Translations under genes and position numbers: made by a program
Sequence record: SRR22947725_1800
DNA: 37,566 nt
Direction: 5' to 3' (one strand)
The notes under the pieces: generated by a model
What the model was told of the DNA's origin: nothing
What the model saw: the letters and a program-made list of their open reading frames with translations, nothing else
The model's database searches: none
Part shown: positions 18,383 through 28,757 of the stretch, piece by piece
How the letters are laid out: each line of letters opens with the position of its first letter
How positions within the stretch are numbered: the stretch's first letter is position 1

Positions 18383-19882
18383 TTAGGTTTTGGGACGCAT
18401 ATGCGGGAAGAGAATCACATCTCGAATCGCAGCGGAATCTGTTAGCAGCATAACCAAGCGATCAATCCCGATGCCTTCGCCTGCGGTTGGGGGCAGGCCA
18501 TACTCAAGCGCCGTGACATAGTCTTCGTCGTAGTGCATCGCCTCTTCATCGCCCGCAGACCTAGCTGCAACTTGTGCTCTGAATCGACCTGCCTGATCCT
18601 CGGCATCATTCAACTCTGAGAACCCATTGGCAATTTCTTTACCCATGATGAACAACTCAAATCGATCGGTTAATTCTGGATTGGTATCGCTCCGGCGCGC
18701 CAAGGGTGAGACCTCGATCGGGTGCTGGGTAATAAATACGGGTTGCTCAATTTGATCCTCGACCAAGGCTTCAAACAATGCGAGGTGGATCTTTCCCAAC
18801 CCCCAGTCCGAGGGCACGTTGATGCCATGCAGGCCCGCAACGCCTTCGGCGGATTCCCGCGTCGCGATGGCTTCTTTTGAGATATCCGCCACATAGGTCG
18901 TGATCGCGTCCGCCATTGTCAATCGAGCAAAAGGCTTTCCAAAATCAACTTCACAGCCATGATAGGTAAACGTCAATTGTCCAAGGACCTGTTCCGCAAC
19001 GGTTCGAAATAAGGTTTCAGTGAGGCTCATAATGTCCTCGTAATCCGCATAGGCCCAGTAAAATTCAAGCATGGTGAATTCAGGACTGTGTTTCGTTGAG
19101 ACGCCTTCATTGCGGAAATTTCGATTGATCTCAAACACCCGTTCAAACCCACCGACGACGAGACGCTTCAAGTTAAGCTCCGGCGCCACGCGCAAGTACA
19201 TCTCGGTATTGAGCGCATTGTAATGCGTTACAAACGGCGCGGCAGTGGCGCCCCCGGGGGTGGTTTGCATCATCGGGGTTTCAACTTCCATAAAATCCCG
19301 ATCCACAAAAAAACGGCGGATTTGATCCACTATTTTTGCCCGTCGAACGAAGACCAAGCGACTGTCTTCATTCACCATCAAGTCCAAGTAGCGCTGACGA
19401 TATCGAGTTTCAGTATCGGTCAACCCTTTATGTTTTTCAGGTAAGGGCCGCAAGCTCTTGGTCAGCATCCTAATCTGGCTGACCGCAAGGGAAAGCTCCC
19501 CCTTCATCGTTTTCATCAAAGCGCCCTCGGCGCCAACAATATCGCCAATATCGACGCTTTTAAAATCCTCGTAGGCCGCGTCGCCCAGACCTTGACGCGT
19601 GACATACAATTGAATTCGTCCCGAGCCATCTTGCACTGTTAAAAAACTGGCTTTCCCCATTAATCGCTTCAAGATGATGCGCCCTGCAATCTTGGCTTGC
19701 GGCTTTGTTTCGGCCAAACCTTCCTTGGTCGCACGCTCAAATTCGACTTGTAACGCATCCGCTAGGTGGGTTCGGCGAAAATCATTCGGAAAGGCCTGAC
19801 CCGTCTCTCGCAAGGCATCCAGCTTGGCCTTGCGTAAGGCAAATAGTTCGTTCTCATCCAAGCTTTGATCGATTGATTCCAT
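18383..19882 (-). CDS. lysS: lysyl-tRNA synthetase (class II)
   Basis: YRQRYLDL, motif 2 [14 protein letters not shown], motif 3 [17 protein letters not shown]; downstream of prfB. Confidence 0.98.
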   Translation of the reverse strand: MESIDQSLDENELFALRKAKLDALRETGQAFPNDFRRTHLADALQVEFERATKEGLAETKPQAKIAGRIILKRLMGKASFLTVQDGSGRIQLYVTRQGLGDAAYEDFKSVDIGDIVGAEGALMKTMKGELSLAVSQIRMLTKSLRPLPEKHKGLTDTETRYRQRYLDLMVNEDSRLVFVRRAKIVDQIRRFFVDRDFMEVETPMMQTTPGGATAAPFVTHYNALNTEMYLRVAPELNLKRLVVGGFERVFEINRNFRNEGVSTKHSPEFTMLEFYWAYADYEDIMSLTETLFRTVAEQVLGQLTFTYHGCEVDFGKPFARLTMADAITTYVADISKEAIATRESAEGVAGLHGINVPSDWGLGKIHLALFEALVEDQIEQPVFITQHPIEVSPLARRSDTNPELTDRFELFIMGKEIANGFSELNDAEDQAGRFRAQVAARSAGDEEAMHYDEDYVTALEYGLPPTAGEGIGIDRLVMLLTDSAAIRDVILFPHMRPKT

Positions 19883-19924
19883 AGCGGTTCCTAAAAGGGT
19901 TCCTAATTGAGGGTTGTTGGTCTC

Positions 19925-21023
19925 TTAAAGCCCTTGCTTCAAGCTGGCCTCAATAAAAAAGTCGAGCTCGCCATTTAACACCGCTTGGGTATTGGAGGTC
20001 TCAATATTTGTCCTGAGGTCTTTAATTCTGGCTGAATCCAATACATAGGAGCGAATCTGGCTACCCCAGCTGATGTCGGATTTGTTGTCTTCGATTTCCT
20101 GGAGTTCCGATTTACGACGCTGCTCTTCTAATTCGTAGAGCTTTGCTTTCAATTGCTTGATCGCCTGATCCTTGTTTTTATGCTGACTGCGTTGGTTTTG
20201 ACATTGCACAACAATGCCACTCGGTTGATGGGTCAAGCGAATCGCAGAGTCGGTTTTATTAACATGCTGACCACCGGCACCACTTGCTCGATAGGTGTCC
20301 ACGCGAACATCAGACATATCGAGCGCAATATCAATATCATCATCAAGTTCTGGCGAGATAAAGATAGACGCAAATGAGGTATGGCGACGACTGCCTGAAT
20401 CAAACGGAGACTTTCGAACGAGCCTATGCACCCCCGTTTCAGTACGCAACCAACCATACGCATAGGCGCCCGCGACCCGAACCGTTGCTGATTTAATACC
20501 GGCGACGTCACCGTCGGACAATTCGATAATTTCCGCTTTGAAGCCTTTGCTCTCACTCCATCGAAGGTACATTCGAAGCAGCATATCGGCCCAGTCCTGT
20601 GCTTCGGTCCCGCCGGATCCAGATTGGATCTCAAGGTAGGCACTATTGGGATCCATCGCCCCAGAGAACATGCGTTGGAACTCCAGTTTAGCTAAGTCTG
20701 CAAGATAACCGTCAAGGTCAGATGCCGCCTCAGCGAACAAGTCTTGATCTTGCTCCTCAACCGCAAGGGTTAGAATTTCCGTCAAATCATCTAGGCCTTG
20801 TACCAATCGTTCAATCGTTAGCACAACCGTTTCGAGCGCAGCACGCTCTTGACCCAGCTTTTGAGCCCGTTCGGGTTGGTCCCAAATTTTAGAATCCGCG
20901 AGTTCTAACGAAACTTCAGCCAACCGCTCTTTTTTGTCATCGTAGTCAAAGATACCCCCGAAGAACCTGCGTTCGATTCTGGCAATCTTTTATCTTCGCA
21001 AAGAGCGCGTTACTTTCAATCAT
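19925..21023 (-). CDS. prfB: peptide chain release factor 2, with programmed +1 frameshift after codon 25
   Basis: ATG 21023 gives [25 protein letters not shown], then CTT-TGA-C; the +1 frame continues [12 protein letters not shown]... with SPF and GGQ motifs. Confidence 0.97.
20945..20960 (-). promoter_or_regulatory. prfB +1 ribosomal frameshift cassette
   Basis: CGGGGG-TAT-CTTTGAC: internal SD-like element 3 nt before the slippery CTT-TGA-C. Confidence 0.95.
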
Positions 21024-21170
21024 AATGAACCTTCTAATGAGGTGCTGGTCGACATAAGGTCCCTTTACCGACGCAGCAGACTCGCGCGGTGTTACGCTTG
21101 CAGCCGACGACGCGCTGCGGGCTACGCTATTGTAAACCATGGTTTGCGACCCAGCCATCGTTCAACCGAG

Positions 21171-22850
21171 CTATGGCCAATAATGAACAATCAATAACTG
21201 CACTCGATCGACGCCCCGATACCGATTCACATCCAACTTAAACGCGAACCGAACATTTCGACGATCAATCACACGATCCTGGTTAAAGAAGATACCTTCC
21301 AGGGCTGCTGGAAATCGAACGCTGAGGAGTTTGAGCTTTAGGTGCCCGCCTTTTAGTACCTTCTGTTCTACGATTTCGAGGCCCTCGTCAAAGATCGGCT
21401 CCGGAAACCCTTGCCCCCAAGGGTGGTCTCGAACCAGGCCTGCTACCCTTTCAAGATCGAAGCTGGGCACTAAGCCCTCCGATACAATGCGCTCGTTCAG
21501 ATCGCGGCCTGACAAGTGCGCTTTAGCGTGCAGGTCAAATAGCCTTGCAAACTCAGAAAAATCTTCTTGGCGAATGGTGACACCAGCCGCCATCGCATGC
21601 CCCCCAAATTTTTGTAGCAAACCCTGCCGGGCTGCATCCATCTCTGCCAATAAATCCCGCAGTTGCAACCCCTCAATCGACCTGCCAGATCCTTTAAGCA
21701 ACCCATTTGAGGCCTCAGCAAAGGCGAATACCGGCCTGGCACATTGGGCGCGTACGCGCGAGGCCAAAATACCAACAACGCCCTCATGCCATCTCGAATC
21801 AAAGAGACTGATGCCAAATCGTGCCGAATCCGGCGCCCGGCCCACCGCGAGCAGTAATTCAGCTGCCTGGGCCTGCATCGACTGCTCGATTTCCCGGCGG
21901 GTCCGATTGAGCTCATCCAGGCGAGCCGCCGATGCCTGAGCGGCCTCGGGTGTTGCAAGCAAACAGGTCACACCGAGCGACATATCCTCAAGCCGACCGG
22001 CCGCATTCAACCTTGGCGCGACGTTAAAGGCCAGCTGGGTTGTGGTCAAAACACGATGATCTAACCCTGAGATTTCAATCAGCGCTTGAATTCCAGGCCT
22101 TGCCCGACCCGCACGAATACGCTTGATCCCAGATTGAACCAGGCGACGGTTGTTCTCATCGAGTGGGACGAGATCAGCCACTGTGCCGAGCGCGACTAAA
22201 TCCAAGAGTTGCGCTAAATTAATTCGATCGCTGCCCTCGGGCAAGGCGGCAACCAACAGTGCCCGCGTCTTGATCAGCAGATAAAACGCCACACCAACGC
22301 CAGCCAGAGCCTTACTGGGAAATTCACAACCATTTTGGTTCGGATTCACAATCGCATCTGCCGCCGGCAAGCCCTGACCCGGCAAGTGGTGATCCGTCAC
22401 AATGACGCGAACGCCCGCCGCCTTGGCGGCGGCAACCCCTTCAAAACTGACGATCCCCTGATCGACCGTAATGATCAGATCCGGGCGCTGGGTCAGCGCA
22501 AGGTCCACCAATTCAGGGCTTAAACCATAGCCATACTCAAACCGATTCGGAACCAAATACTCGACATGACGGGCCCCAAGCAGCCTCAGGCCTTCTATCA
22601 TTAACGCGACACTGGTCGCGCCATCGGCGTCATAATCACCGATGATCAGGATCCTTGATTGCTGCTGAATTGCCGTGACCAAAAGGCTTGCCGCCGGATC
22701 CAACCCTTTCATCGTGTCGGGGGGCACCAAACCCGCTAACGCGTAGAGTGGTTGGGTACTGACCGCTATGCCGCGAACCGACAAAAGCGTCTCAAGGCTT
22801 GCTAAATCCGTTGCCGTTTGAACCGGTCGCCGAATCAGTTCGATCGTCAC
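21171..22850 (-). CDS. recJ: ssDNA-specific exonuclease RecJ
   Basis: GDYDADG, ITVD, TDHH, ALGTVADLVPL, PRLNAAGRL, KGSGRS, GGHAMAAG. Confidence 0.96.
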   Translation of the reverse strand: MTIELIRRPVQTATDLASLETLLSVRGIAVSTQPLYALAGLVPPDTMKGLDPAASLLVTAIQQQSRILIIGDYDADGATSVALMIEGLRLLGARHVEYLVPNRFEYGYGLSPELVDLALTQRPDLIITVDQGIVSFEGVAAAKAAGVRVIVTDHHLPGQGLPAADAIVNPNQNGCEFPSKALAGVGVAFYLLIKTRALLVAALPEGSDRINLAQLLDLVALGTVADLVPLDENNRRLVQSGIKRIRAGRARPGIQALIEISGLDHRVLTTTQLAFNVAPRLNAAGRLEDMSLGVTCLLATPEAAQASAARLDELNRTRREIEQSMQAQAAELLLAVGRAPDSARFGISLFDSRWHEGVVGILASRVRAQCARPVFAFAEASNGLLKGSGRSIEGLQLRDLLAEMDAARQGLLQKFGGHAMAAGVTIRQEDFSEFARLFDLHAKAHLSGRDLNERIVSEGLVPSFDLERVAGLVRDHPWGQGFPEPIFDEGLEIVEQKVLKGGHLKLKLLSVRFPAALEGIFFNQDRVIDRRNVRFAFKLDVNRYRGVDRVQLLIVHYWP

Positions 22851-22853
22851 AGG

Positions 22854-24128
22854 TTAACGAAACACTCGAATCGATTGGACGGGCGCAATCACGGAGGTCA
22901 TCTCTTGAAGTTCATTGATGGCATCTGAGATCACGCCGTGCTGGATTGGATCCGTCACCAGGACAATAAAGGATCGGTTCGGCGCGATATCTTCTTGAAG
23001 TATTTTGTCTAACGAAATCGTCCGCCGAGCTAAAATGGAGGTCACTGCAGACATAACCCCCGGTTGATCCTCCACACTAATCCGCAAATAGTAGCCTGAT
23101 TCAACCTCTGCTGCAGGCCTGACGGGTAACGCCTTGAGCGCCGATGATCGGCCACCAAGGCTGCCGCTGGAAGAAGTGCCTTGGACCAAATCGATTAAAT
23201 CTGAAACCACCGCACTGCCCGTGGGCCCTGCGCCCGCGCCAGCACCCGCGCATAAGATCTCACCTGCTGCATCACCGCAGACCAGCACGGCATTCTGAAC
23301 ACCGTCGATCTGAGACAAGATGGCGGTCGCCGGCACGAAACTAGGATGCACGGCCATCTCAAGCTGTCCATTCTGGCAACGAGCAATACCAAGGTGTTTA
23401 ATTTTGAAGCCGAGTTCCCGCGCAAATTTAAAATCGACTGAGTCGAGGGATGAGATTCCCTCTACCTGAACGTGAGCAAGCATAAGCGGCTGATCGAAAG
23501 CGAGCGCCGACAGAATCGTTAACTTATGCGCCGCATCAATGCCTTCAATATCAAAGGTTGGGTCGGCTTCGGCATAGCCTAACGTCTGGGCCTCTTGCAA
23601 AACCTCATCGAAGGTTCGCGTGGGTCCCGATGCGGCCATCTCTGTCAGAATGAAATTGGCCGTGCCGTTAATAATGCCAGCAAGCCAAGCAACTTGATTA
23701 CCCGCAAGGCTTTCTTTAATCACTTTAATAATAGGAATGCTGCCCGCAACCGCTGCCTCGTACAGCAACGCAACCTCATGCTTCGTAGCGAGCGCAAAAA
23801 GCGCATCACCATGTTCCGCAATCAATGCTTTATTGGCGGTCACCACCGATTTACCGGCGCTTAGCGCTGTTTCGATAAGCACTTTGGCGTCGGTTGTGCC
23901 CCCCATTAACTCAACCACCACATCAACATCCTGGCGCGCGCAGACAGAACCAATATCGGCGGTATACGCAATGTCCTTGAAAATCTCATCGGTCGGCACC
24001 GATCGAGACGCAACGACCGTAATCTCAATCGCCTTGCCTGTACGCGCGGTTATCAGAGCCTGATTGTCTTGCAGAATCTGGGTCACCCCTCGCCCGACAG
24101 TGCCCGCACCACAAATAGCAATTTTCAC
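22854..24128 (-). CDS. hom: homoserine dehydrogenase with C-terminal ACT domain
   Basis: GAGTVG, VVTANKA, YEAAVAG, GYAEADPTFDIEGIDAAHKL, ACT motif DQPGVM; GTG start behind AAGGAG. Confidence 0.94.
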   Translation of the reverse strand: MKIAICGAGTVGRGVTQILQDNQALITARTGKAIEITVVASRSVPTDEIFKDIAYTADIGSVCARQDVDVVVELMGGTTDAKVLIETALSAGKSVVTANKALIAEHGDALFALATKHEVALLYEAAVAGSIPIIKVIKESLAGNQVAWLAGIINGTANFILTEMAASGPTRTFDEVLQEAQTLGYAEADPTFDIEGIDAAHKLTILSALAFDQPLMLAHVQVEGISSLDSVDFKFARELGFKIKHLGIARCQNGQLEMAVHPSFVPATAILSQIDGVQNAVLVCGDAAGEILCAGAGAGAGPTGSAVVSDLIDLVQGTSSSGSLGGRSSALKALPVRPAAEVESGYYLRISVEDQPGVMSAVTSILARRTISLDKILQEDIAPNRSFIVLVTDPIQHGVISDAINELQEMTSVIAPVQSIRVFR

Positions 24129-24161
24129 AGTCGACTCCTTATCCGAAAAACTCGCATTTGG

Positions 24162-25334
24162 TCATTTAGCCAGTAACCGCTTGATGCCTCGTAAGGCTTG
24201 CCGGGTTCTGTGTTCGTTTTCGATAAGCGCAAAGCGAACATATTCATCCCCATATTGACCAAAGCCAATGCCCGGAGATACCGCGACCTTGGCCTCTGTA
24301 ATCAACCGCTTCGCAAATTCTAATGAGCCTAAAGACCGGAATCGCTCAGGAATTTTTGCCCAAACGAACATCGTCGCCTTAGGCGGGGTGACCGCCCATC
24401 CTGCTGCATTTAAGCCTTCACACAAAACATCTCGCCGGCGCTTATAGATCAGGCGCGTTGCTTCCACGCAGCTTTGATCCCCTTCAAGCGCTGTGACCGC
24501 CGCAACTTGAATTGGGGTAAAACTGCCATAGTCTAAATAAGATTTAATGCGGGCCAGCGCGCCTACCAAGGTCTGATTACCAACACAAAACCCGACTCGC
24601 CAGCCGGGCATGTTGTAGCTTTTAGACAGCGTAAAAAATTCAACTGCGACGTCTTTAGCACCATCAACTTGTAAAATTGAAGGGGCTTTATAGCCGTCAA
24701 AAACAAGGTCAGCGTAGGCGAGGTCTTGAACCACCCACAAATTATGGGCCTTGGCGATCGCCACAACCCGTTCGAAAAACTCGAGATCAACGCAATGCCC
24801 GGTTGGGTTGCCCGGAAAATTCAGCACCAATACTTTCGGTTTCGGCCAGGTATTGAAAATGGCTTGCTCAAGTTCTGAGAAGAAATCCAAATCTTCAGTC
24901 AACGGCACGTGCCGCACATCTGCGCCGGCAATGACAAAACCGTAAGGGTGCACTGGGTAGGAGGGATTCGGCACCAAAACGGAGTCGCCCGGTCCCAAAA
25001 TAGCCATTGCAAGGTGCGCCAAGCCTTCTTTCGAGCCGAGCGTCACGATGGCTTCGGACTCAGGATCCAAACTCACCCCATAGCGGGTTTGGTACCAGTT
25101 GCAGATGGCCTGACGAAGTCTCGGGATACCTTTTGATTGAGAGTAGCGATGGGTGTCGCCCCGATTTACCGTTTCAACTAATTTTTCAACAATATGAGGC
25201 GGCGTTGGCTGATCAGGGTTACCCATCCCAAAATCAATAATATCCTCCCCTCGGGCCCGAGCATCGCGCTTTAAGGCATCGGTAATGCCAAAAATGTAAG
25301 GGGGGAGCCGCTGAATTCTTTGAAACTCGGACAT
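24162..25334 (-). CDS. alaC: class I/II PLP aminotransferase, AlaC-like (alanine transaminase)
   Basis: [52 protein letters not shown]; start ATG 25334. Confidence 0.88.
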   Translation of the reverse strand: MSEFQRIQRLPPYIFGITDALKRDARARGEDIIDFGMGNPDQPTPPHIVEKLVETVNRGDTHRYSQSKGIPRLRQAICNWYQTRYGVSLDPESEAIVTLGSKEGLAHLAMAILGPGDSVLVPNPSYPVHPYGFVIAGADVRHVPLTEDLDFFSELEQAIFNTWPKPKVLVLNFPGNPTGHCVDLEFFERVVAIAKAHNLWVVQDLAYADLVFDGYKAPSILQVDGAKDVAVEFFTLSKSYNMPGWRVGFCVGNQTLVGALARIKSYLDYGSFTPIQVAAVTALEGDQSCVEATRLIYKRRRDVLCEGLNAAGWAVTPPKATMFVWAKIPERFRSLGSLEFAKRLITEAKVAVSPGIGFGQYGDEYVRFALIENEHRTRQALRGIKRLLAK

Positions 25335-25431
25335 GGGTGCTGCCTTCAAGAAATGCGCGACAGTTTAATCAAGTGCGCTCAACGCGTCACCTATGATGAC
25401 GCTTTCCGCAGCACTATTTTGAGAAATCTCT

Positions 25432-26205
25432 TCAAGAATCTGATGACAAGCCGAGCTGAGCCGCCAGTCGCGCTGCCGGTAAATAACCTGGGAGCAATCG
25501 GCCATCTTCAAAGATAATCGACGGCGTTCCAGTAACGCCGACCAATTCACCCAATTCAAAATGCGCTTTAACCGGGTTGTCGCAGGATCGTCCCGGAATA
25601 GCGTCCCCAGCTTTCGCTTGGGTTAGCGCCTTCTTTTGATCCGGAGCGCACCAAGCCGAAACAATTTTATCGTAACTGGCCGAGTCGATGCCCGCGCGAG
25701 GATAAGCCAAATATCGGACCGCAATGCCAAGCCGATTTAATTCTGGGACCTCCTGATGCAATTTACGGCAATAACCGCAATCAATATCGGTAAAGACCGT
25801 GATCGTTGTCTTCTGCTTAGCGGGCGGCGGCGCAAAGACCACCATTTGCGCCTCGTCCAAACCGTCGATCAGCGCCTTTCTTGAATCGCTGCGTTCTTGC
25901 TCCGAAAGGTTAACCATCCGACCGTTGGTCTTCTGATAAATATCACCATGAATGAAGTAAGTCCCGGTGGCATCAGTCAAAAGGGTTGTGCCGTCTGCCA
26001 ATTTCAAACTAAAGAGTCCGGGCACTTCGGAATCAGCGATTGATTCGATCGGGAGGTTACTCGTTTTTAACGCGGCTTGCAGGTCGTCAAGCGCATCGGC
26101 TTGACTCGTCATACCCCACAGACAAACGAACCCCAGCGCTGCTTGCAGACAAGTGGCGACTCGTGATGAAGCCGTGAAACGCGTGGTTCTATTCGTCACG
26201 TTCAT
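25432..26205 (-). CDS. dsbC: periplasmic disulfide isomerase DsbC
   Basis: Signal peptide, TVFTDIDCGYCRKLH, VRYLAYPRAG, GVTGTP; follows xerD. Confidence 0.93.
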   Translation of the reverse strand: MNVTNRTTRFTASSRVATCLQAALGFVCLWGMTSQADALDDLQAALKTSNLPIESIADSEVPGLFSLKLADGTTLLTDATGTYFIHGDIYQKTNGRMVNLSEQERSDSRKALIDGLDEAQMVVFAPPPAKQKTTITVFTDIDCGYCRKLHQEVPELNRLGIAVRYLAYPRAGIDSASYDKIVSAWCAPDQKKALTQAKAGDAIPGRSCDNPVKAHFELGELVGVTGTPSIIFEDGRLLPGYLPAARLAAQLGLSSDS

Positions 26206-26265
26206 TTGGATACCCCTGTTTTAAAGCCATAGTTTAGTGCATCTGCAAGGACTGCCACAAACGGA

Positions 26266-27231
26266 TTAACCCCTGGGGTGGTGCTCGGCATGCAAGGCTT
26301 GCATTCGATGCTTCGCAACATGGGTATAAATCTGCGTGGTGGACAGGTCACTATGACCCAACAATAGCTGCACAACCCGAAGGTCCGCGCCGTGATTGAG
26401 CAGATGGGTCGCAAAGGCATGTCTTAAAGAATGGGGCGACAATGAAATACCAATACCGGCCTGGGCAGAATGCCGTTTGATCAAATACCAAAAGGCCTGC
26501 CGCGTCATCGCTCGACCACGATTGCTGGGGAACAAGACTTCATCGGACCCTGCTCGGCGCATCAACGCCGCGCGATGATCTTGAATAAACGCATCGAGCC
26601 AATCAATGGCCTCCGCGCCGATCGGAACTAAGCGCTCTTTATCGCCCTTCCCAATCACTCTCAACACCCCTTGACGAAGATTTACATCAATCATTCTCAG
26701 GTTTACCAATTCCGAAACCCGAAGACCGGTGGCATACAGTAGTTCCAGCATGGTTCGATCTCGAAACCCGACCGCTGTTTTGGTATTCGGCGCAGACAGT
26801 AGCGCATCAACGGCTTTTTCCGACAACGATTCCGGCAGTTTTCGACCCAATTTCGGGTTTTCAATTCGAAGCGTTGGATCTTCCGAAATTCGTTCCTCGC
26901 GGACTAAAAACCGGTAGAGCGATCGAATAGAGGACAAGGCTCGAGCCGATGAACGCGCCGTGATGCCCTGCTCAACCCGATGGGTCAGATAGGCCAAGAC
27001 CTGGTGCCGACTCGCCCCCAGAATGGTCTCATTATTGGCCTGGAGCCAGTGCACGAAGTATTTCAAATCACGACCATAAGATTCCAGGGTATTGCGACTG
27101 AGGCCTCGCTCCATCCAAATACTGTCGAGGTATCCGTCCAGCAGATGACTGTGCGCCACAGTCAAAACGTTTACGCCAACGGGCGACGCCTTCGGCGAGG
27201 CCTTTGGCGAGGCCTTCAGTGCAACCTTCAT
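26266..27231 (-). CDS. xerD: site-specific tyrosine recombinase XerD with N-terminal KASP repeats
   Basis: ERGLSRNTLESY, ELLYATGLRVSEL, GKGDKERLVP, SPHSLRHAFATHLLNHGADLRVVQLLLGHSDLSTTQIYTHVA. Confidence 0.95.
   Translation of the reverse strand: MKVALKASPKASPKASPVGVNVLTVAHSHLLDGYLDSIWMERGLSRNTLESYGRDLKYFVHWLQANNETILGASRHQVLAYLTHRVEQGITARSSARALSSIRSLYRFLVREERISEDPTLRIENPKLGRKLPESLSEKAVDALLSAPNTKTAVGFRDRTMLELLYATGLRVSELVNLRMIDVNLRQGVLRVIGKGDKERLVPIGAEAIDWLDAFIQDHRAALMRRAGSDEVLFPSNRGRAMTRQAFWYLIKRHSAQAGIGISLSPHSLRHAFATHLLNHGADLRVVQLLLGHSDLSTTQIYTHVAKHRMQALHAEHHPRG
27181..27216 (-). repeat. 12-bp x3 in-frame tandem repeat encoding KASP
   Basis: AAGGCCTCGCCA / AAGGCCTCGCCG / AAGGCGTCGCCC. Confidence 0.88.
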
Positions 27232-28538
27232 CCTTTGAGACCCACACGCACCAGCGCATTCAGACGCGCCTTATCGGTTTCATAGAATCGTCCTGCAAAG
27301 TAAAACAACGGAATTGCAGCAAGCGAGATCACAGTGAACCAAAGCAGTGCCTGGGTGTAGGGCTCAGGATTGCCGATCGCCATCAGATAATCGATGTAGA
27401 TCCCAGCGAGGCTCACACCAATCGCCACCCCCGCCATATTCAGCAGTAAGATATAAAACGCGACAACGGTTGCTCTAATCTCCTCGGGCACCAACTCTTG
27501 TACCGTTGAGAAGGTTGGCCCGTAGAAACAGCCTAGCTGGAAAAAGCCCGCGCCCACCCCAAGCCAGAAGACCCAATGATCCGGTTCAACCAAGCGATAC
27601 GCGATATTCACAGGCGCCAGCACCAGCATGACCAAAAACAAGAACATCGGTCGACCGACACCAGTCTTTTTCAAAAAGTAATCCCCCCCGAGTCCGCCAA
27701 AGAGATTGCCCGCGATACCCGCTGTAATACCAATCCAGCCGGTAATTTGTGCGATCTCGGCCTTATCAAATCCCCGCTCTTGGACATACCACAGCTGATC
27801 AAAGGTCGCCGCGCCTAAAATGAAATGAAAAGCGACCCCGCCGCCAATGGTCATGGATAAGGCTGGAGAGGCTTTAAGCGCTGCGAACAAAATTTTTAAA
27901 AGATCAAAAAACCCCGGCTGAACCGCATCCGGCGAAGCGTTCACCGAATCACCCGACCGCTTCGGGTCCTTTAAGAAAAACATCACGAGGGCCAACGCCA
28001 GTCCAATGCCGCCCAACAAATAAAAACAATTGCGCCAGCCAATAACGGGGCCAACATACCCAACAATTAAGAGACTCACGCCGACGCCAATCGGCACGCC
28101 CATGTAATAAAAGCCCGATGCAAAACCCAGGCGATGCGCTGGAAATCGGTCCGCCAGCAAGGACATCGCTGTCGGTGTCAGGATCGACTCGCCAACACCA
28201 ATTAACATCCTGGGCGCAGCCAATGACAAAAACCCTTTTGCCATGCCTGACGCAGCCGTGAGGAGGCTCCAGAGCCCAACCCCTAGCGCGATGAAGCGCG
28301 TCCGGTTCACCCGATCGGCCAAGGTGCCCATAAACAATCCGGCGACGGAGTAAAAGGTCAAAAAAATGAGCCCGGTGAGCAAGCCAAACTCGGTATTCGA
28401 AAGCCCAAGATCCGGCACAATATAGTTGGAGAAACTGGCCAACAACTGGCGGTCAACAAAATTCATCACGTTGAGGATCGTCAGAAATCCCAAAAATCCA
28501 TAACTTCGCATTGTCACGACCGGTGTCGTTTGACCCAT
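27228..28538 (-). CDS. major facilitator superfamily transporter (spinster-like)
   Basis: About 12 hydrophobic segments, NFVDRQ, motif A GTLADRVNR, RMLIGVGE. Substrate cannot be determined. Confidence 0.88.
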   Translation of the reverse strand: MGQTTPVVTMRSYGFLGFLTILNVMNFVDRQLLASFSNYIVPDLGLSNTEFGLLTGLIFLTFYSVAGLFMGTLADRVNRTRFIALGVGLWSLLTAASGMAKGFLSLAAPRMLIGVGESILTPTAMSLLADRFPAHRLGFASGFYYMGVPIGVGVSLLIVGYVGPVIGWRNCFYLLGGIGLALALVMFFLKDPKRSGDSVNASPDAVQPGFFDLLKILFAALKASPALSMTIGGGVAFHFILGAATFDQLWYVQERGFDKAEIAQITGWIGITAGIAGNLFGGLGGDYFLKKTGVGRPMFLFLVMLVLAPVNIAYRLVEPDHWVFWLGVGAGFFQLGCFYGPTFSTVQELVPEEIRATVVAFYILLLNMAGVAIGVSLAGIYIDYLMAIGNPEPYTQALLWFTVISLAAIPLFYFAGRFYETDKARLNALVRVGLKG

Positions 28539-28748
28539 TTTGCATCACCTCAACAGTTGCCTGCGGGGCGCAGGCGGGATGCTGCGCGTCTGATGAGAAT
28601 GTAGCACTATTGTTTGGTTGGAAGAAAGGAAGGATGCCAGGATGGCCATTGAGCAAGCGCCGCGGCCGACGTCCAATGCTGGCAAAAAAAATCGGCTCAA
28701 TGGCAAACGCACACCGCGACCGAAGGCCGTGGCGATTAGCGCGTTAGC

Positions 28749-28757
28749 TGTGGATAA
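28749..28757 (-). promoter_or_regulatory. perfect DnaA box (TTATCCACA)
   Basis: TGTGGATAA on the plus strand, in the MFS-rplS intergenic region; single copy. Confidence 0.35.

Noticed and set aside
21024..21158. Extended first ORF of prfB (70 aa)
   Set aside because: ATG 21023 gives the canonical 25-codon pre-shift segment. The upstream part holds a probable -10 (TACAAT) and a 12-bp palindrome AAACCATGGTTT (21134-21145) with no assignable regulator.
21331..21939. 202-aa antisense ORF within recJ, and other shadow ORFs such as 1965-2522 and 15004-15465
   Set aside because: Fully inside conserved genes with no recognisable motifs; typical shadow frames.
26266..27231. Tyrosine recombinase as a phage/island integrase
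   Set aside because: Sequence and xerD-dsbC synteny identify housekeeping XerD; no att sites or cargo genes.
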